Source: Cyanophora paradoxa CCMP329 (lineage: Eukaryota > Plantae > Glaucophyta). From it: a stretch of DNA of 64,000 bases. A program made the translations under genes and the position numbers. This document shows, piece after piece, positions 11,395 through 24,794 of the stretch. The stretch lies in assembly GCA_004431415.1 (NCBI GenBank), contig QPMI01000416.1:1-64000 (forward strand), written 5' to 3'. Every line of letters begins with the position of its first letter. Position 1 is the stretch's first letter. The notes beneath the pieces were generated by a model. That model was not told where the DNA came from. It saw only the letters and a program-made list of their open reading frames with translations, and made no database searches.

Positions 11395-14218
11395 GAGCAG
11401 CCGGGCGGCCGAGGCCGACAGCGTCCTGCAGGTCGAACGGAGGCGAGGCGCAAGGCGCGCTGGGGCCCGGTGGCGGCTTCGCTTCAGGTCCAGGTCCGTC
11501 AGCACGGGCGCGGCGCCGAGCAGCGGGGCGGCCGACAGCGTCTTGCAGGTCGCGCAGCGCGGGCGGAGCTCGAGGCGAGACAGGCGGCGCGCTGGGGCCC
11601 GTCGGCGGCTTCACTTCAGGTCCAGGTCCGTCAGCAAAGGCGCGGCGCCGGGCAGCAGGGCGGCCGACAGCGTCCTGCAGGTCGCGCGGCGCGGGCGGAG
11701 GCGAGGCGCGGGGCGCGCTGGGGCTCGGCGGCGGATTCTCGTCAGGTCCAGGTCCGTCAGCGCGGGCGCGGCGCCGGGCAGCGGGCGGCCGACAGCGTCC
11801 TGCAGGTCTCGCGGCGCGGGCGGAGGCGAGGCGTTGGGCGCGCTGGGGCTCGGCGGCGGCTTCACTTGAGGTCCAGGTCCGGCAGCGCGGGCGCGGCGCC
11901 GGGCAGCTGGGCGGCCGACAGTGTTCTGCAGGTCGCGCGGTGCGGGCGGAGGCGAGACGGGCGGCATGCTGGGGCTCGGCGGCGGCTTCACTGCAGGTCC
12001 AGGTCCGTCAGCGCGGGCGCGGCGCCGGGCAGCGGGGCGGCCGACAGCGTCCTGCAGGTCACGCGGCGCGGGCGGAGGCGGACGGGCGGCGCGCTGGGGC
12101 CCGTCGGCGGCTTCACTTGAGGTCCAGGTCCGTCAGCACGGGCGCGACGCCGGGCAGCGGGGCGGCCGACAGCGTCCTGCAGGTCGCGTGGCGCGGGCGG
12201 AGGCGAGGCGCGGAGCGCGCTGGGGCCCGTCGGCGGCTTCTCTTCCGGTCCGGGTCCGGCAGCACGGGCGCGGTGCCGGGCAGCGGGGCGGCCGACAGCG
12301 TCCTGCAGGTCGCTCGGCGCGGGCGGAGGCGGACCACCGGCGCGCTGGGGCCCGTCGGCGGCTTCTCTTCCGGTCCGAGTCCGGCAGCGCGGGCGCGGCG
12401 CCGGGCAGTGGGGTGGCCGACAGCGTCCTGCAGGTCTTGCGGCGCGGGCGGAGGTGAAACAGGCGGCGAGCTGGGGCTCGGCGGCGGCTTCACTTCAGGT
12501 CCAGGTCCGTTAGCAAAGGCGCGGCGCCGGGCAGCTGGGCGGCCGACAGCGTCCTGCAGGTCGCGCGGGGCGGGCGGAGGCGAGACAGACGGCGCGCTGG
12601 GGCCTATCGGCGGCTTCTCGTCAGGTCCAGGTCCGTCAGTCCGGGCGCGGCGCCGGGCAGCAAGGCGGCCGACAGCGTCCTGCAGGTCTCGCGGCGCGGG
12701 CGGAGGCGAGGCGTTGGGCGCGCTGGGGTTCGGCGGCGGCGTCACTTGAGGTCCAGGTCCGGCAGCGCGGGCGCGGCGCCGGGCAGCGGGGCGGCCGACA
12801 GCGTCCTGCAGGTCGCGTGGCGCGGGCGGAGGCGAGGCGCGGAGCGCGCTGGGGCTCGGCGGCGGCTTCACTTGGGGTCCAGGTCCGGCAGCGCGGGCGC
12901 GGTGCCGGGCAGCGGGGCGGCCGACAGTGTTCTGCAGGTCGCGCGGTGCGGGCGGAGGCGAGACGGGCGGCACGCAGGGGCTCGGTGGCGGCTTCACTTG
13001 AGGTCCAGGTCCGTCAGCGCAAGCGTGGCGCCGGGCAGCGGGGCGGCCGACAGCGTCCTGCAGGTCACGCGGCGCGGGCGGAGGCGGGACGGGCGGCGCG
13101 CTGGGGTCCGTCGGCGGCTTCACTTGAGGTCCAGGTCCGTCAGCGCGGGCGCGGCGCCGGGCAGCTGGGCGGCCGACAGCGTCCTGCAGGTCGCGTGGCG
13201 CGGGCGGAGGCGAGGCGCGGAGCGCGTTGGGGCCGTCGGCGGCTTCTCTTCCGGGCCGGGTCCGGCAGCACGGGCGCGGTGCTGGGCAGCGGGCGGCCGA
13301 CAGCGTCCTGCAGGTCGCTCGGCGCGGGCGGAGGCGGGACCACCGGCGCGCTGGGGCCCGTCGGCGGCTTCTCTTCCGGTCCGGGTCCGGCAGCGCGGGC
13401 GCGGCGCCGGGCAGTGGGGCGGCCGACAGCGTCCTGCAGGTCGCTCGGCGCGGGCGGAGGTGAGACAGGCGGCGAGCTGGGGCTCGGCGGCGGCTTCACT
13501 TCAGGTCCAGGTCTGTCAGCGCGGGCGCGGCGCCGGGCAGCTGGGCGGCCGACAGCGTCCTGCAGGTCGCGCGGGGCGGGCGGAGGCGAGACAGACGGCG
13601 CGCTGGGGCCTATCGGCGGCTTCTCGTCAGGTCCAGGTCCGTCAGTCCGGGCGCGGCGCCGGGCAGCAAGGCGGCCGACAGCGTCCTGCAGGTCTCGCGG
13701 CGCGGGCGGAGGCGAGGCGTTGGGCGCGCTGGGGTTCGGCGGCGGCGTCACTTGAGGTCCAGGTCCGGCAGCGCGGGCGCGGCGCCGGGCAGCGGGGCGG
13801 CCGACAGCGTCCTGCAGGTCGCGTGGCGCGGGCGGAGGCGAGGCGTTGGGCGCGCTGGGGCTCGGCGGCGGCTTCACTTGAGGTCCAGGTCCGGCAGCGC
13901 GGGCGCGGCGCCGGGCAGCTGGGCGGCCGACAGTGTTCTGCAGGTCGCGCGGTGCGGGCGGAGGCGAGACGGGCGGCATGCTGGGGCTCGGCGGCGGCTT
14001 CACTGCAGGTCCAGGTCCGTCAGCGCGGGCGCGGCGCCGGGCAGCGGGGCGGCCGACAGCGTCCTGCAGGTCACGCGGCGCGGGCGGAGGCGGGACGGGC
14101 GGCGCGCTGGGGCCCGTCGGCGGCTTCACTTGAGGTCCAGGTCCGTCAGCACGGGCGCGACGCCGGGCAGCGGGGCGGCCGACAGCGTCCTGCAGGTCGC
14201 GTGGCGCGGGCGGAGGCG
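11395..14218. repeat. Tandem array of ~22 GC-rich ~126-bp units with a ~1006-bp (8-unit) higher-order period
   Basis: Anchor CCGACAG(C/T)GT(C/T)CTGCAGGTC at 11415, 11532, 11664, 11789, 11915, 12041, 12166 and onward. Variant GACAGTGTTCTG at ~11915, ~12922 and ~13927. GGCCTATCGG at 12601 and 13607. Confidence 0.97.
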
Positions 14219-14836
14219 GCCTTCATCGACGAGGGGCTCGAGAAGCTGCAGGACCCCTCGGCGAATAATCTGGACACTGTGCACGGCCGGCACGTGCTGG
14301 TGAACGATCTCGCGCAGCAGATCGACAACCTGAATAGCGCCGTCGCGGTGAGCCCGCGTGACCGTCTACTATCCGATCGATATTACACATGAGACCTCGG
14401 CAGGACTTCAACACGTATGTCTACGAAAGCGCATGCCCAGCTGGATTTTTAGCGACGAATTCCGCTCGTAAGTACTACGTGGACCAGAAAATGGACGACC
14501 TTGCGGACCATATGGGTTTCTTTGAACGCGAAGTCGAACACAAAGTGGACATGATGAACAAACAATTCGACGCCGAGGACAGCCTGGGTGCACCGGTGCG
14601 CCTAAGCACATCATGGCATACTTACGAATTCAAAACGTACCTCTGATGTCGCGCCGGCGCCTCAGGAGAATGCAGCTGTCGAGTACGACGACGAATGCGA
14701 CATTGACGCAGCGGACATCGCGGCCATCATGCAGCTGCAGCTTGCCTCTTTCAAAAAAGTTTCGACGACTGCGACGCGTAGCTATAGTCACGTTCACGCC
14801 GTAGTGTCGAATTTCGAGCCAACGGTACTCCGGTAG
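14219..14836 (+). pseudogene. Frameshifted protein-like remnant of unknown origin abutting the array
   Basis: Three consecutive protein-like segments in different frames (FIDEGLEKLQDP..., DFNTYVYESACP...YEFKTY, QENAAVEYDDECDID...); no introns evident. Confidence 0.35.
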
Positions 14837-16915
14837 CCGGCCATGTCACATTGATGGAATTGATCGATATTATTGCATTTTTTTGATCCTCAGTATATAA
14901 ACTAGTGGCCCGGCCGCGATTTTCGCGCCGGGGGTGCAAGGGGGACCCGGGAACCGGGATCTAATGAAAGAGTCCTAGTGGCACGATCCTCGATGAAGGT
15001 CCGCGCTCCTCCCCGCGGCCGCATGCCGATCGCGAGTCGTCACCGCGCAATCCCGCCCGGCGGCCGAGGTCCGCAAAATTGCGGTTCCAGAACTCGGCGC
15101 GCAGACCCGCGCGACTTCGAATTCGCCTCGCGATCCTCGATGAAGGTACGCGCTCGAGCTCCTCCCGGCCGGACGCTCGCCGGGGCCCGATTCCCGCCGA
15201 GGCCCGGCGGCCCGCGGCTGCCACGCCCTCGCTGCCTGCCTCGCCTCGCCCTCGTCTCGCCCTAGATCTCGCCTGCCTCGAGACCTGCAGCCCGGCGCGG
15301 CCGCGCTTCGAGCTCGAGATGCTTGGTCAAGGTTCGCGCTTATCCCAGCCGGCGGCCGCTCGCCGGCGTCCGATCGATATCCCCACGTGCACCCCGCCGG
15401 CGCCCCGTCCTTATAATTAGAGCCCCCGCCCCGCCCCGCCCCGCCTCGGCCTTAGCGTTCCCGCCCCGTCCCGCCCCGCCGGGCCGCCTCGGCCTTGGCT
15501 TAACGCCTCCTCTCACTCGAGCTCGATTGCGGCTTGCTGATGTTCTCCTCTTGTGCAGGCGCGTGCTTCGGATCGGATCGACAAGGCGGAATAGACCGTC
15601 GGACAAGTTAGCGATCGGTAGCGCTAGCGCAGTGCCGCAGTGCTATATTGGAAACGGGGTAGGGCCCCCGTTTTCGGAAACTCACAAAATGACGAGTCTG
15701 CTCATCTCCCGATCCAGCTCCGAGCTCTTGACCAAGTGTTAGTGCATGCATGAGAGCCCGGAATTCGTTGTCAGAACCCGGAAAGAGCAGAATGCAGCGC
15801 TGAAAAAAGGAGCGGACCCTTTCTGGAACTATCCCTTGCAGCGCCTGATCCTGTGGTCGTATAGGGGCCGGACCAAGTGCGTAAGAAAGCTCTTGCAATG
15901 TTCAGCAAAGCTTGCCATACATGCCAGTGCTCGGGAAGCAGCGCGTGGCGCGCTAGGCCGCATCAAGTACCCGATGTACCGGATGCCGAAAAAAAGAGCT
16001 CCTGCGAGTTTCAGGAGATTGCTGGGTACACTCGCACGATAAAGCCGGCAAGCTAGCCGACAGGCTTTCGCGCTGGCCAACTAGCTGAGCTCCGGCTAGC
16101 GGCTTGCTGGACTTCTGCGAGGCGCGTGGCGCCGGCGGTGCGGGCGCGGCGGCGGCGCCGACCGTCGGACCGGCGGCGCCGGCAGTGCAGGTGCGGCGCC
16201 GGCATGCATAGCCTAGTAGTATGATATGCGCATGCGCAGTGCAGCTGCACATGCACATGCGCATGCGTGCATGCGCATGCAGGCGCGGCGCCCGGCGGCC
16301 GGCACTGCAGCTGCAGCACTGCGGCAGACTCCGGCAGTACTAGTGCATGTGCATGCGCATGCGCAGAAGCGGCGCTGGGCCGGCCGCGGGCCCGCGCGCG
16401 TCCCGCGCTTTCCCTACTAGGCTACCCCGTTTCCAACCGGCGGCCGGCCCAGCCAGAGCCCGAGCAGAGGCCGCCGCGTGCTAGTATAGCTAGCGCAGCG
16501 TTTGCAATTGTACATGTACACTTGCATATGGGCAATGGATTTTGCATGCGCAATTGGAGAGCGCCGGCGCCGCGGCGCCGGCGCGCACGTGATGATGACA
16601 TATGCATCCAGGCCAGATCGAAAGATCTGTCACAGTGTACATGTGCGCGTCGACGGCCGCCGGGCGGTCCATATCTAGGCAGCCGTTGACGGCTGTCGTG
16701 TGCACGTACATTTGACGTTGACGGCAGCCGCGGCGCCGGCCGGCCGCGCGCACCGGCAGCGGCACCGCCGACGTCGCGATCTAAAGACGGCTGCCGGTTT
16801 CTAATTATCGTATACCCGCCCAGTGAGCTGCCCTGAGCGAGCGCTAGAGCCCGGCGGCGACTCGGCGATGCGTCCGTTGAACCTGTAGCGCTCCGCGAGC
16901 TCAGGAGGCAGCCGG

Positions 16916-19900
16916 ATGGGGTCCGGCCCGAGCTCGGCGCGCCCGAGCTCCAGCCCGAGCCAGGCCGCGCCTCGGTCCCAGTTGGAAGGGAGCGCACGCG
17001 CTCATGGTGATCCCGTCCCCGAGCAGCGCGTTGCCGGTGCCACGCGTACGGCGGCGGCCGACTCGGAGCTGAAGCGAGCCCGCGCGGACGTCGCCAAGCT
17101 CCAACAGCAGCTGCTGGAGACGAAGCAGCAGCTAGCCGATGTCCAGAAGCAGCTGGAGGAGTCCCGGAAGCGCGAGACGGCCGCGTTCGAGGCGGGGCGC
17201 CAAGCGGGCGAAGCGGCGACGGCGGAGCGCGCGCGCTTCGACGCATACGCCTCCTTCGCACGAGGAGACGCGGAGCAGGTGATGCAGTACGTGCGGCGGC
17301 TCCGCGCTGGCGGCCTTTCTGTCTGGTGCGGCTGGCGTCCGCGCTTGCGGCCTGCCCGTCCTCTGTTCGCCGCCGACGCGACGCCCTTCGCAGCGTGCCA
17401 AAGGATCGCCTGCCCGAGGGCGACGCCGCAAAGGAGCCGGAGGGCCCGCAGGCAAGTGGCAGCGCCACAGCCGACGGCGCTGGGCAGGGCTTGGTCTTCC
17501 CGCCACCGTCCAGCCGCTGACGCGCGGCGCAGGACGGGATGGCGCGATCGCGGGCATTCCTCTGTTTCCTCTCCGCGCGGTATCTCGCAAATGCAGAGTG
17601 CGCATGCCCTCCGAGCTCCGCCTCCCGAATCAAATTCGAATTTGATCCGGCTGGGGCGCCGCGGCAGCTGCGACGGCGAGTTCCGCAGGGCGCACGACGC
17701 GTTCCGCGGGGCCCGCTTCCCCGTTTTCATCGAGAACCCGAAGTCCCTTTCCCTCCCTTACGACTACACCATGATGCTCACCAGGTACCCCTTAGCCCCA
17801 TCCGCCGCCCCGTACCCCCCAGGAAGCCAACGCCGTACCCCCAGCGTGAACTGGACGGTCGCTGCGGACAGTGGCGAGGCGGCGGTCGCAGCCGCGTGCG
17901 AGGCGCTTCTCGCTGGCCTCCGCGCGGGCGGCGGCGCTGCCGCCGCGCCGGCTCCGCCGCCGGCGCCGGCGCCGCCCAGGCCAACGGATCCGGGCAGGAA
18001 CCAGAAACAGCGTCGGCGGCAGCGGCGGCGCCGTCAGCGGGGCCGGCGTCGGCGCCGCCGTCGCACCCTGCGACCGGGGTGGCGGAGGCGTCGGCGGGGG
18101 CCGAGCGGCTGCACGATGCCTTCGTCTCGTACGCCCACCGGGACGCCTCCGCCGTCATGGCCTACGTCGCCGGCCTCGAGCGCGCCGGCATCTCCGTCTG
18201 GTGCCCCGCCTCCCGTACCCGTACCCGTCCCATACCGTCCCGTACCCCCCTTCACTTCTTCCCCCAGGGTGGACCGGGAGCTGCTGGCGGGACGGCGCTG
18301 GATGGAGGACATCGCACGGGCCATGCAGGCGCGACCGCCGCCCTAGCTGTTATACCCCCTCCCCCCCCCCCCCCGCCCACCCGCGACCCCCCCTTCCCCC
18401 GCCCCGCCCCCTTCCCCCCCCCCCCAGATCTAATATGCCCCCTCCCTTCCTCTTCCCCGGCCCCCCGGCCACCACCCCCTCCCATCTCCTATGGACGAAT
18501 GCCGAAGACGAATAAGAGATCCCCCCCCCCCCTTCGCCCCTCACCTTCCCCCTACCCTCTCACTCCCCCCCCGCCCCCTCCCCTCCCGTATCCCTACTAA
18601 TGTACCCCGGCGCGGCCCCGCAGCGCTCGAGGACCTTCGTCTGCTTCCTCTCGCAGGCGAGCGCCAGCCCCCTCCGCCGCTCTCTTCTAGCTGTACCCCA
18701 AGAGCGCATGAGTTCCCGACTTGGCTGTACCCCCAAAACGCCGGGACGAAGCGGCCCCTGCGCGCGCTCCGCTCGGTCGCTCGCCTTTGCCCACTGACTG
18801 TCTTCATTCGCGCGCCCTCGTTCGCAGGCGTACGCCGAGTCGCAGAACTGCGACGACGAGTTCCAGTTCGGTGCGCGCGCTTCGAGCTCCAGCTAAAGAC
18901 TGTCTCTAGAACCTCCTGAATTCTAGCTCTGTTGATTCTTCCGCCTACTTTCCCTAACGTCGTGCCGCGGCCCGGCCGGCAGCGCACCACCAGCTTCGCT
19001 CGCCGAAGTTCCCCGTCTTCCTCGCCGACCCGGGGGCGATGCGGCTCCGCCCCGACCAGGAGATGATGCTCACCAGGTGCCCTTCCCCTCTTCTCCTCGC
19101 GTCCTTTCCTTCGCTTCTAAAGGGCGGGCGGGCAGCGCGCACCGGACCGTGCAGGCGAGCCAGCGCGCCTTTGGCTTCCCTTGCCGCTTTGGGGCCTGCT
19201 CGGCTCACCCCGCAGGGGGGAGCAGGCGGGGCCCTCGGAGGCGGCGGCCGAGCGCGCCTGCACCCAGGCGCCCCCCCTCTCCCCCACACTCGCCCTTGAG
19301 GCCTCTAAACCATCCGCGCGGCCCGGATTCGAACCGCAGCTCGTGGCGAAGATCCGAGCCGCCCTGGACGAGGTGCGCCCTGCGGCCGCCTAGGGTGGGC
19401 CGAGTTACGCTAGGATTCAAGCCAAGCTAATTATAAGTGCGCCCCGCGGCTGTCTAGGCTGGGCTGAGTCAAGCTAGGCCCCGCCCGCCCTGGATCCGAC
19501 CGGATCTCTAGGCCACGCTCAGCCAAGCGAGGCCAGGCGAGGCCCCGCCTAGGCAAGGCCAATCTGAACCCGGACCTGCCCTCCCCGGATCCGACCAGCT
19601 GAGCCAAGTAAGGCTTTGGCGAGGCTCTGACTCTTCGTGCTCGAGCAGGAACGGCGGCGGGCGGAGGAGGCGGCGGCGGCGCGGCGCATGGCGGCCCTCC
19701 CGCTCGCCGAGTTCGCGGCGGCGGCAGCGGCGGAGGCGGCGGCGGCGGCCGAGGCGGCCGTGGAGCGCGCGCGGGCCGAGGGCAAGCTCGTCGAGGTGCC
19801 TTGCCCCCTCCCCGCCGACCATCATGATCTAAGCATTAAGGGGCCCTCTCTTTCTTAGCCTAAGAGCCACCAAGTCGGTCTTGATCTTCTATCTATCTAC

Positions 19901-22900
19901 ATAACTCAAGATTACCTCTACCGATACCCGCTCTAAAGCTTTCAACGCGCCTTAGGTGGACCCGCTCTGTAGCCCACTACCGATATCCGTTCTAACGTTC
20001 TAAAGCTTACAACCCGCCGCGCCTTGTATTATGTGGACCCGCTAACAGATTACTACTATAGCTACCCAGCTACCTAGCTTCGCATCTCGCTCAAGCTCAA
20101 GCTCACTCTAACTAACTTCGCTCGCTCGCGCGCGGGCCTCAGGTGGACCCGCGGGGGGCGCCGCACGGGGTGGAGGGCGCGGCGGCGGCGCTCTGGCGGC
20201 ACGCGGCGCCGGGCCTGACCCTCCGCCTCGCCCCGGGGCGCCACGTGCTCGAGGAGGCCCTGCTCCTCGACCGTGACGTCACCCTCGTCGGCGGTGCTTC
20301 CATTCCCCCCCCCCCCCCCCCCCCCCCCCCCCACCCAACAACAACAATAACAACAATAACAAGAACGCGCCTCCGCCCGTCGCACATGCTTCTGCCCCCG
20401 CGCGCGCGACTGACGTCGGGCGGGGGCAGCGCCCGGGGCAGTCCTGGAGTGCGCGACCGGCAGCGTCATCCACTGCAAGGTCCGCCCGTTAAATATTAAT
20501 ATTCTGATAAGGTTCACCTTAAGCTTCTAAGCTTCTAAGCTTCTAAGGTTCACCCATTAAATAATCTTCTAAGGTCCACCCATAACATAAAGACAGCGTC
20601 GTCCATTGCGAGGTCGGCCCACTCTTGCTCTGCAAGCGGGAGGACCGGCACGCTCAGGACCGGAGGACTAATTCTCGACCGGAGGACTAATTCTCGAACT
20701 ATTAGAGAGCCGGGACTATCATCAACGACCGCGATCCGAGTGCTGATCCGCGCGCGCGGGCAGGGCCCCGGGGCGGTGCGGCTGCTGCGCCTCGCGCTGC
20801 GGGGCCGCTCGGAGGACGACCCCGCCCTCTACATCACCGCCGGCAGCCAGGCGAGCGCCGCTTCGATTCATTTCTTTGTTTGTTTGCGCCCTGGCCATGG
20901 ACTAACGCTTCTTGCTTGCTTTGGGCCTTCTTCTTTTTTTACGTCCTCCGCGCGCAGGCGCTGGTGGTCGGGTGCGACATTACGGGCTCCGAGAACGGCG
21001 TCGAGGTCCGTACCCCCCTCTCCCCCGCTCCCCCCCCCATCCCCCTCTCCTTCTTCCCCCTCTCCCCTCTTGAAGATGTCGATCGAACTGCCCTCTGCAC
21101 TCTTAGTTCCTTCTAGGGTGCTGCTGCTCCTGCTGCTCCGAGAACGAGCTTCGAGTTGCTCGCCTTTCGGCCCGCCCGCCCCCCCCCCCTTCCCCCAATT
21201 TCCCCCCTCCCCTTCCCCCAATTTCCCCCCTCCCATTCTAATCCCGTTCCCTCGAAGGTCCGGGACGCGGGGACGGCCCCCACCATCCGCCTCTGCACGG
21301 TCCGCCACCCGCCGCCGCCCGCCCCGCCCCTTTCCGCCCTCGTCCTCACCCCCCGCCCTGCGACTGCGGCCGCAGATCCGCGGCTGCGCGACGGGCGCCC
21401 TCTTCACCCGCGGCGCCAAGGGCCTCCTCGAGGCACGCGCCCGCACGCCAGCCCGCCCGCCAAATCCTTACGGAAGAGATAGCAAAATTCTCCGCTGCCG
21501 ACTCCACCGCTGCCCGCCCGCCCGCCAGCCAGCCAGCCAGCCAGATCTATACAGGACGGCTGATGCAGGGAAAGCTTGCGTGTGGTCTAATTCATTATAA
21601 GGACCGCAAGATGGGGACAGCTATCGTACATTTATTACAAGATTTCCTTCGCCGACTTCGCTGACTTCGCCGCTTCGCTGACTCTGCCGCGCCCGGTCCG
21701 CGCGCGCGCAGGCGTGCGAGCTGGGGGAGATCGCCGGCCCGGCAGTGGCCGCCACGATGGGCGGCGACCCGGCCGTCCTCTCCAACCGCATCCGCGACCA
21801 GGCGAGATAATCCAGAGACGTGAAGTCAAATAAGACTAAGATCTAGCTCCAAAAATTATAAATATGACACCCAAAATCTAGTCCAATAGACTCCTCAGCC
21901 TCTACACCGGGCCTCTAGATCTAATTCTCTAATTTGTCTTAGCCCGTCTAGATCTAGATCTACGCCCCGCCGCTTCCCCTCGTCCTCGTTCCGCTCAGTA
22001 ACTGAGCTTACCCTCGTTCTCGTTCCGCGTTGCACCCTGATCATGAGCTTTGCCCCGCTCAGGTGCAGTGCATCGTCGTGGCTAAGGGCGAGGGGGAGGC
22101 AGGGCACGGCAAGGGGCTGGTGCGCTTGCTCGGTCTAGCGGGTCCTGTCATTAGGCTCCTATCAACTTCTATCTTTCGTCTAGGCAACTTAAGCTTCAAC
22201 TTGAGCTCGGGCTGGGTTGGGGTGCCGATGCTGGGCTCGTGCGCGCAGATCTGCCACAACGTGTTTGAGCGCGTCTCCTCCGCCGCGGGCGGCGCCGGCG
22301 CCGACTCCGGTGTTGCTGTCGACCCGGGCTGCAGGTCCGCCGTCCCTCGCAGTCCTCGTGGCTTGAGGAGGGGCGGGCCGGGCCAGGCGGGGCCGCTGCC
22401 TGCCCCGCCGCGGCCCTTCCCTGCCCGCCCCGCTGACGTTGACGCCGGGACCCGGGCGCAGCCCCGTGGTCGAAGGGAACGAGGCGCGGGGGGCGGCGGA
22501 GGGTCCCGCGGCGCCCCCGCAGCTGCGGCGCGTCACGGCCGGCAGGGCCGAGCGCCTCGTCGAGGTACGCGCTGCATGGCCGAGTTTGCCGATGAAATGA
22601 AAGCTTCAAATTCTTTTCAAACCGAACCTGATATTCCAGCTGTCTTTATCGAGCCTCTGTTGATTATTAGCCTTTACATGAACCTTAGCAGCATAAGATC
22701 TTACATCATTAGCTCCCTTGCCCTCCTGTTTTCAATTAGCTCCTGACTCGCTCGTTCCTGGCTCGTAGGCGCTGCGGCTGGCGCACGAGGACGCGAAGGC
22801 GGCGCTGGAGGCGGCGGGGGCGGACCCCGCCGCGCGCCGCGCCGCCTCCGACTGGCTCGACCTGCTCAGGGAGGCGCGCCCGCCCGGCCCGCGCCTGAAC

Positions 22901-24523
22901 TTGAAGCTTGTCTTTGGGCTTAGAAAAACACTATCTAGAACCTCCTAGTCTTTTGTTTGTAAGAACCTAATCTTTGGCCGCAGGCGTGGCTCAAGAACGC
23001 AAATACGAAGGTACCCCGCGCGAATCGCACCCGCAAACGTTGGCGCGCGAAATTCTCCTCACGCCCGCCGATCGCGCAGGCGACGCCGGCGATTGTGGTG
23101 GACGCGAGCGGGAAGCCCTACTGCCCCGCCAGGTGCGCCCGGCCCCCGGATCGGATTCTAGAGAATGAACCGCAAATTAAATCCAAGAGTGGGGGTCGGA
23201 CCCTTTCGAGGTTCCAAGGCTTAAAGCCGGGACCTTTCGACGGAGTACTTTTATGAGCCATCTGACATTGTTGTGGCACGCGCAATTTAAAACATCGGCT
23301 AAAAAAGCAATCCTACAGTAAAGCCGGGCTCTCTCGAGTACTTTTACAAGCCGTGTGACCTTGTCGGCGGCGCGCGCAGCATTGGGGAGGCCCTGGCGCA
23401 GCTCGGGGACGGCCAGTCGATCTACCCCGCCCCGGGCCTGTGCGCCGGCGCCCTCATACTTAGCAAGCTTGCCCCGCGCAAGCGCCCGAGCTAGTGCTCC
23501 CCTGCTCTTTCTCGGTCTCACAGTCTCGGTCTCAGGTACGAGGAGCAGGTGGTAGTGGAAGTGCCGGTGAGGGTCCTTTCAAACTTCAATTCAATGATTA
23601 AGCATACCGCAAGTGGCCGGATATCGATAAAGATATAAAGGATACAACCTAGAGCCTTTTCAGATCACGTAGCGAACCAGCTTTAAGACGTTTATTGAAG
23701 CGCTCGAGCACGGCGGCAGGTTAGGATCCTCGGGACGCGCGACGTCGTCATCGCAGTCCCCGCCGGTACCTCAGCTTTGCCTTCAGCTTTGTTCTTTAGC
23801 TTTGTTGACGCGCCCGCTCGCATGCGCCTCGGGCCCCGCGCTGCTCTGCAGGGGCCCCGTTGCCCCCCAGATCCGGGGCATTACAGTGCGGGGCGGCGGC
23901 GGCGGTGGCGAAGCGCCCGCCGTTCGGCTCTGCGGCGGGAGCCGCGCCGCGCTCGAGTCCGTAGAGGCGCGCGCCCCCTAGGCCTCGATCTCCGTTCCTG
24001 CCCTGTCCCTCCTTTGACCGTCCGCCCACAGATCGTCGGCGGGCGCGTGGGCGTCGAGGCGACGGGCCTCCTCTCAGCCCCGCAGCTCCGCGGCGTGACC
24101 GTGCGGGGCTGCTCCGACTCCGGCCTCCGCTTCGGAGAGGGGGCGAGGGGTACGGCGGAGGACTGTGACGTCACCGCGAACAAAGGGGACGGGGTCCGCG
24201 TCGAGGGGGGGGCGGACCCGGCGCTGAGGGGCTGCCGCGTCCGCGACAACGGGGGCGACGGGGCGGCGCTGCTGGGCCCGGGCACGCTCGGGACGCTGGA
24301 GGGGTGCGACTTCGGCGGGAACGGCGGCTGCGCCGTCCGCGTCGCGAACGGGGCGGACCCGATCGTGCGGGACGTCACCATCACGGCGGCCTCGGGCCTC
24401 AGATCTAAGTCCGGAGTGGTCGTGGAGGGCGGGGCGCGGGGCCTGTTCGAGGGCCTGGAGGCGGGCGCGCTGGAGGTCGGGGCGGGGTGCAGCCCCGTCG
24501 TGCGCCCAGGCGGCGCCGCCTGA
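16916..24523 (+). CDS. Multi-exon protein: MGxxxS N-terminus, coiled coil, two TIR (TIR_2-like) domains, right-handed parallel beta-helix repeats
   Basis: TIR1: FDAYASFARGD..LRAGGLSVW..FLCFLSARY..CDGEF..FPVFIE. TIR2: HDAFVSYAHRD..LERAGISVW/VDREL.AGRRWMEDI..FVCFLSQAYAESQNCDDEF..VPVFL. PbH repeats such as CDVTANKGDGVRVEGGADPALRGCRVRDNGGDG. Stop TGA 24521-24523. Could be two genes. Confidence 0.75.
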
Positions 24524-24794
24524 TCATCCGATGATCGTCGTTTCTTCCAGCTTCTTTAGTCTCCGCCTAGTTTTCAGCGTCTTCTTAGCGTGATATCGCT
24601 TTGCAAGTTTGACTTTGCTTTGATTTCAGGCCATGGGCCGTCCGGCAAGGAAGCAAGCGCTAGCTGGATCGGCTCGAGATATCCGAGAAGGGACGAGCTA
24701 GAGGGGACCGGAAGAGGGGAATACGATTTTTATTATTATATTCATCTTCAAGGCTTGTTTTCGCGCCTCCGAAATCCCTCTAGCTAGCTCCGAA

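Noticed and set aside
11395-14218. CRISPR-like array, or genuine long repeat proteins from the ORF track
   Set aside because: Units are homologous end to end with no unique spacers and no cas genes. The ORFs are open in many frames because the unit is GC-rich and a multiple of 3, and single-base indels break them.
14900-16880. ORFs and dense short palindromes (TGCA, GCATGC, CCGG) in the intergenic region
   Set aside because: No domain motifs or splice-consistent exons. Similar low-complexity palindromic DNA occurs in other host intergenic tracts here.
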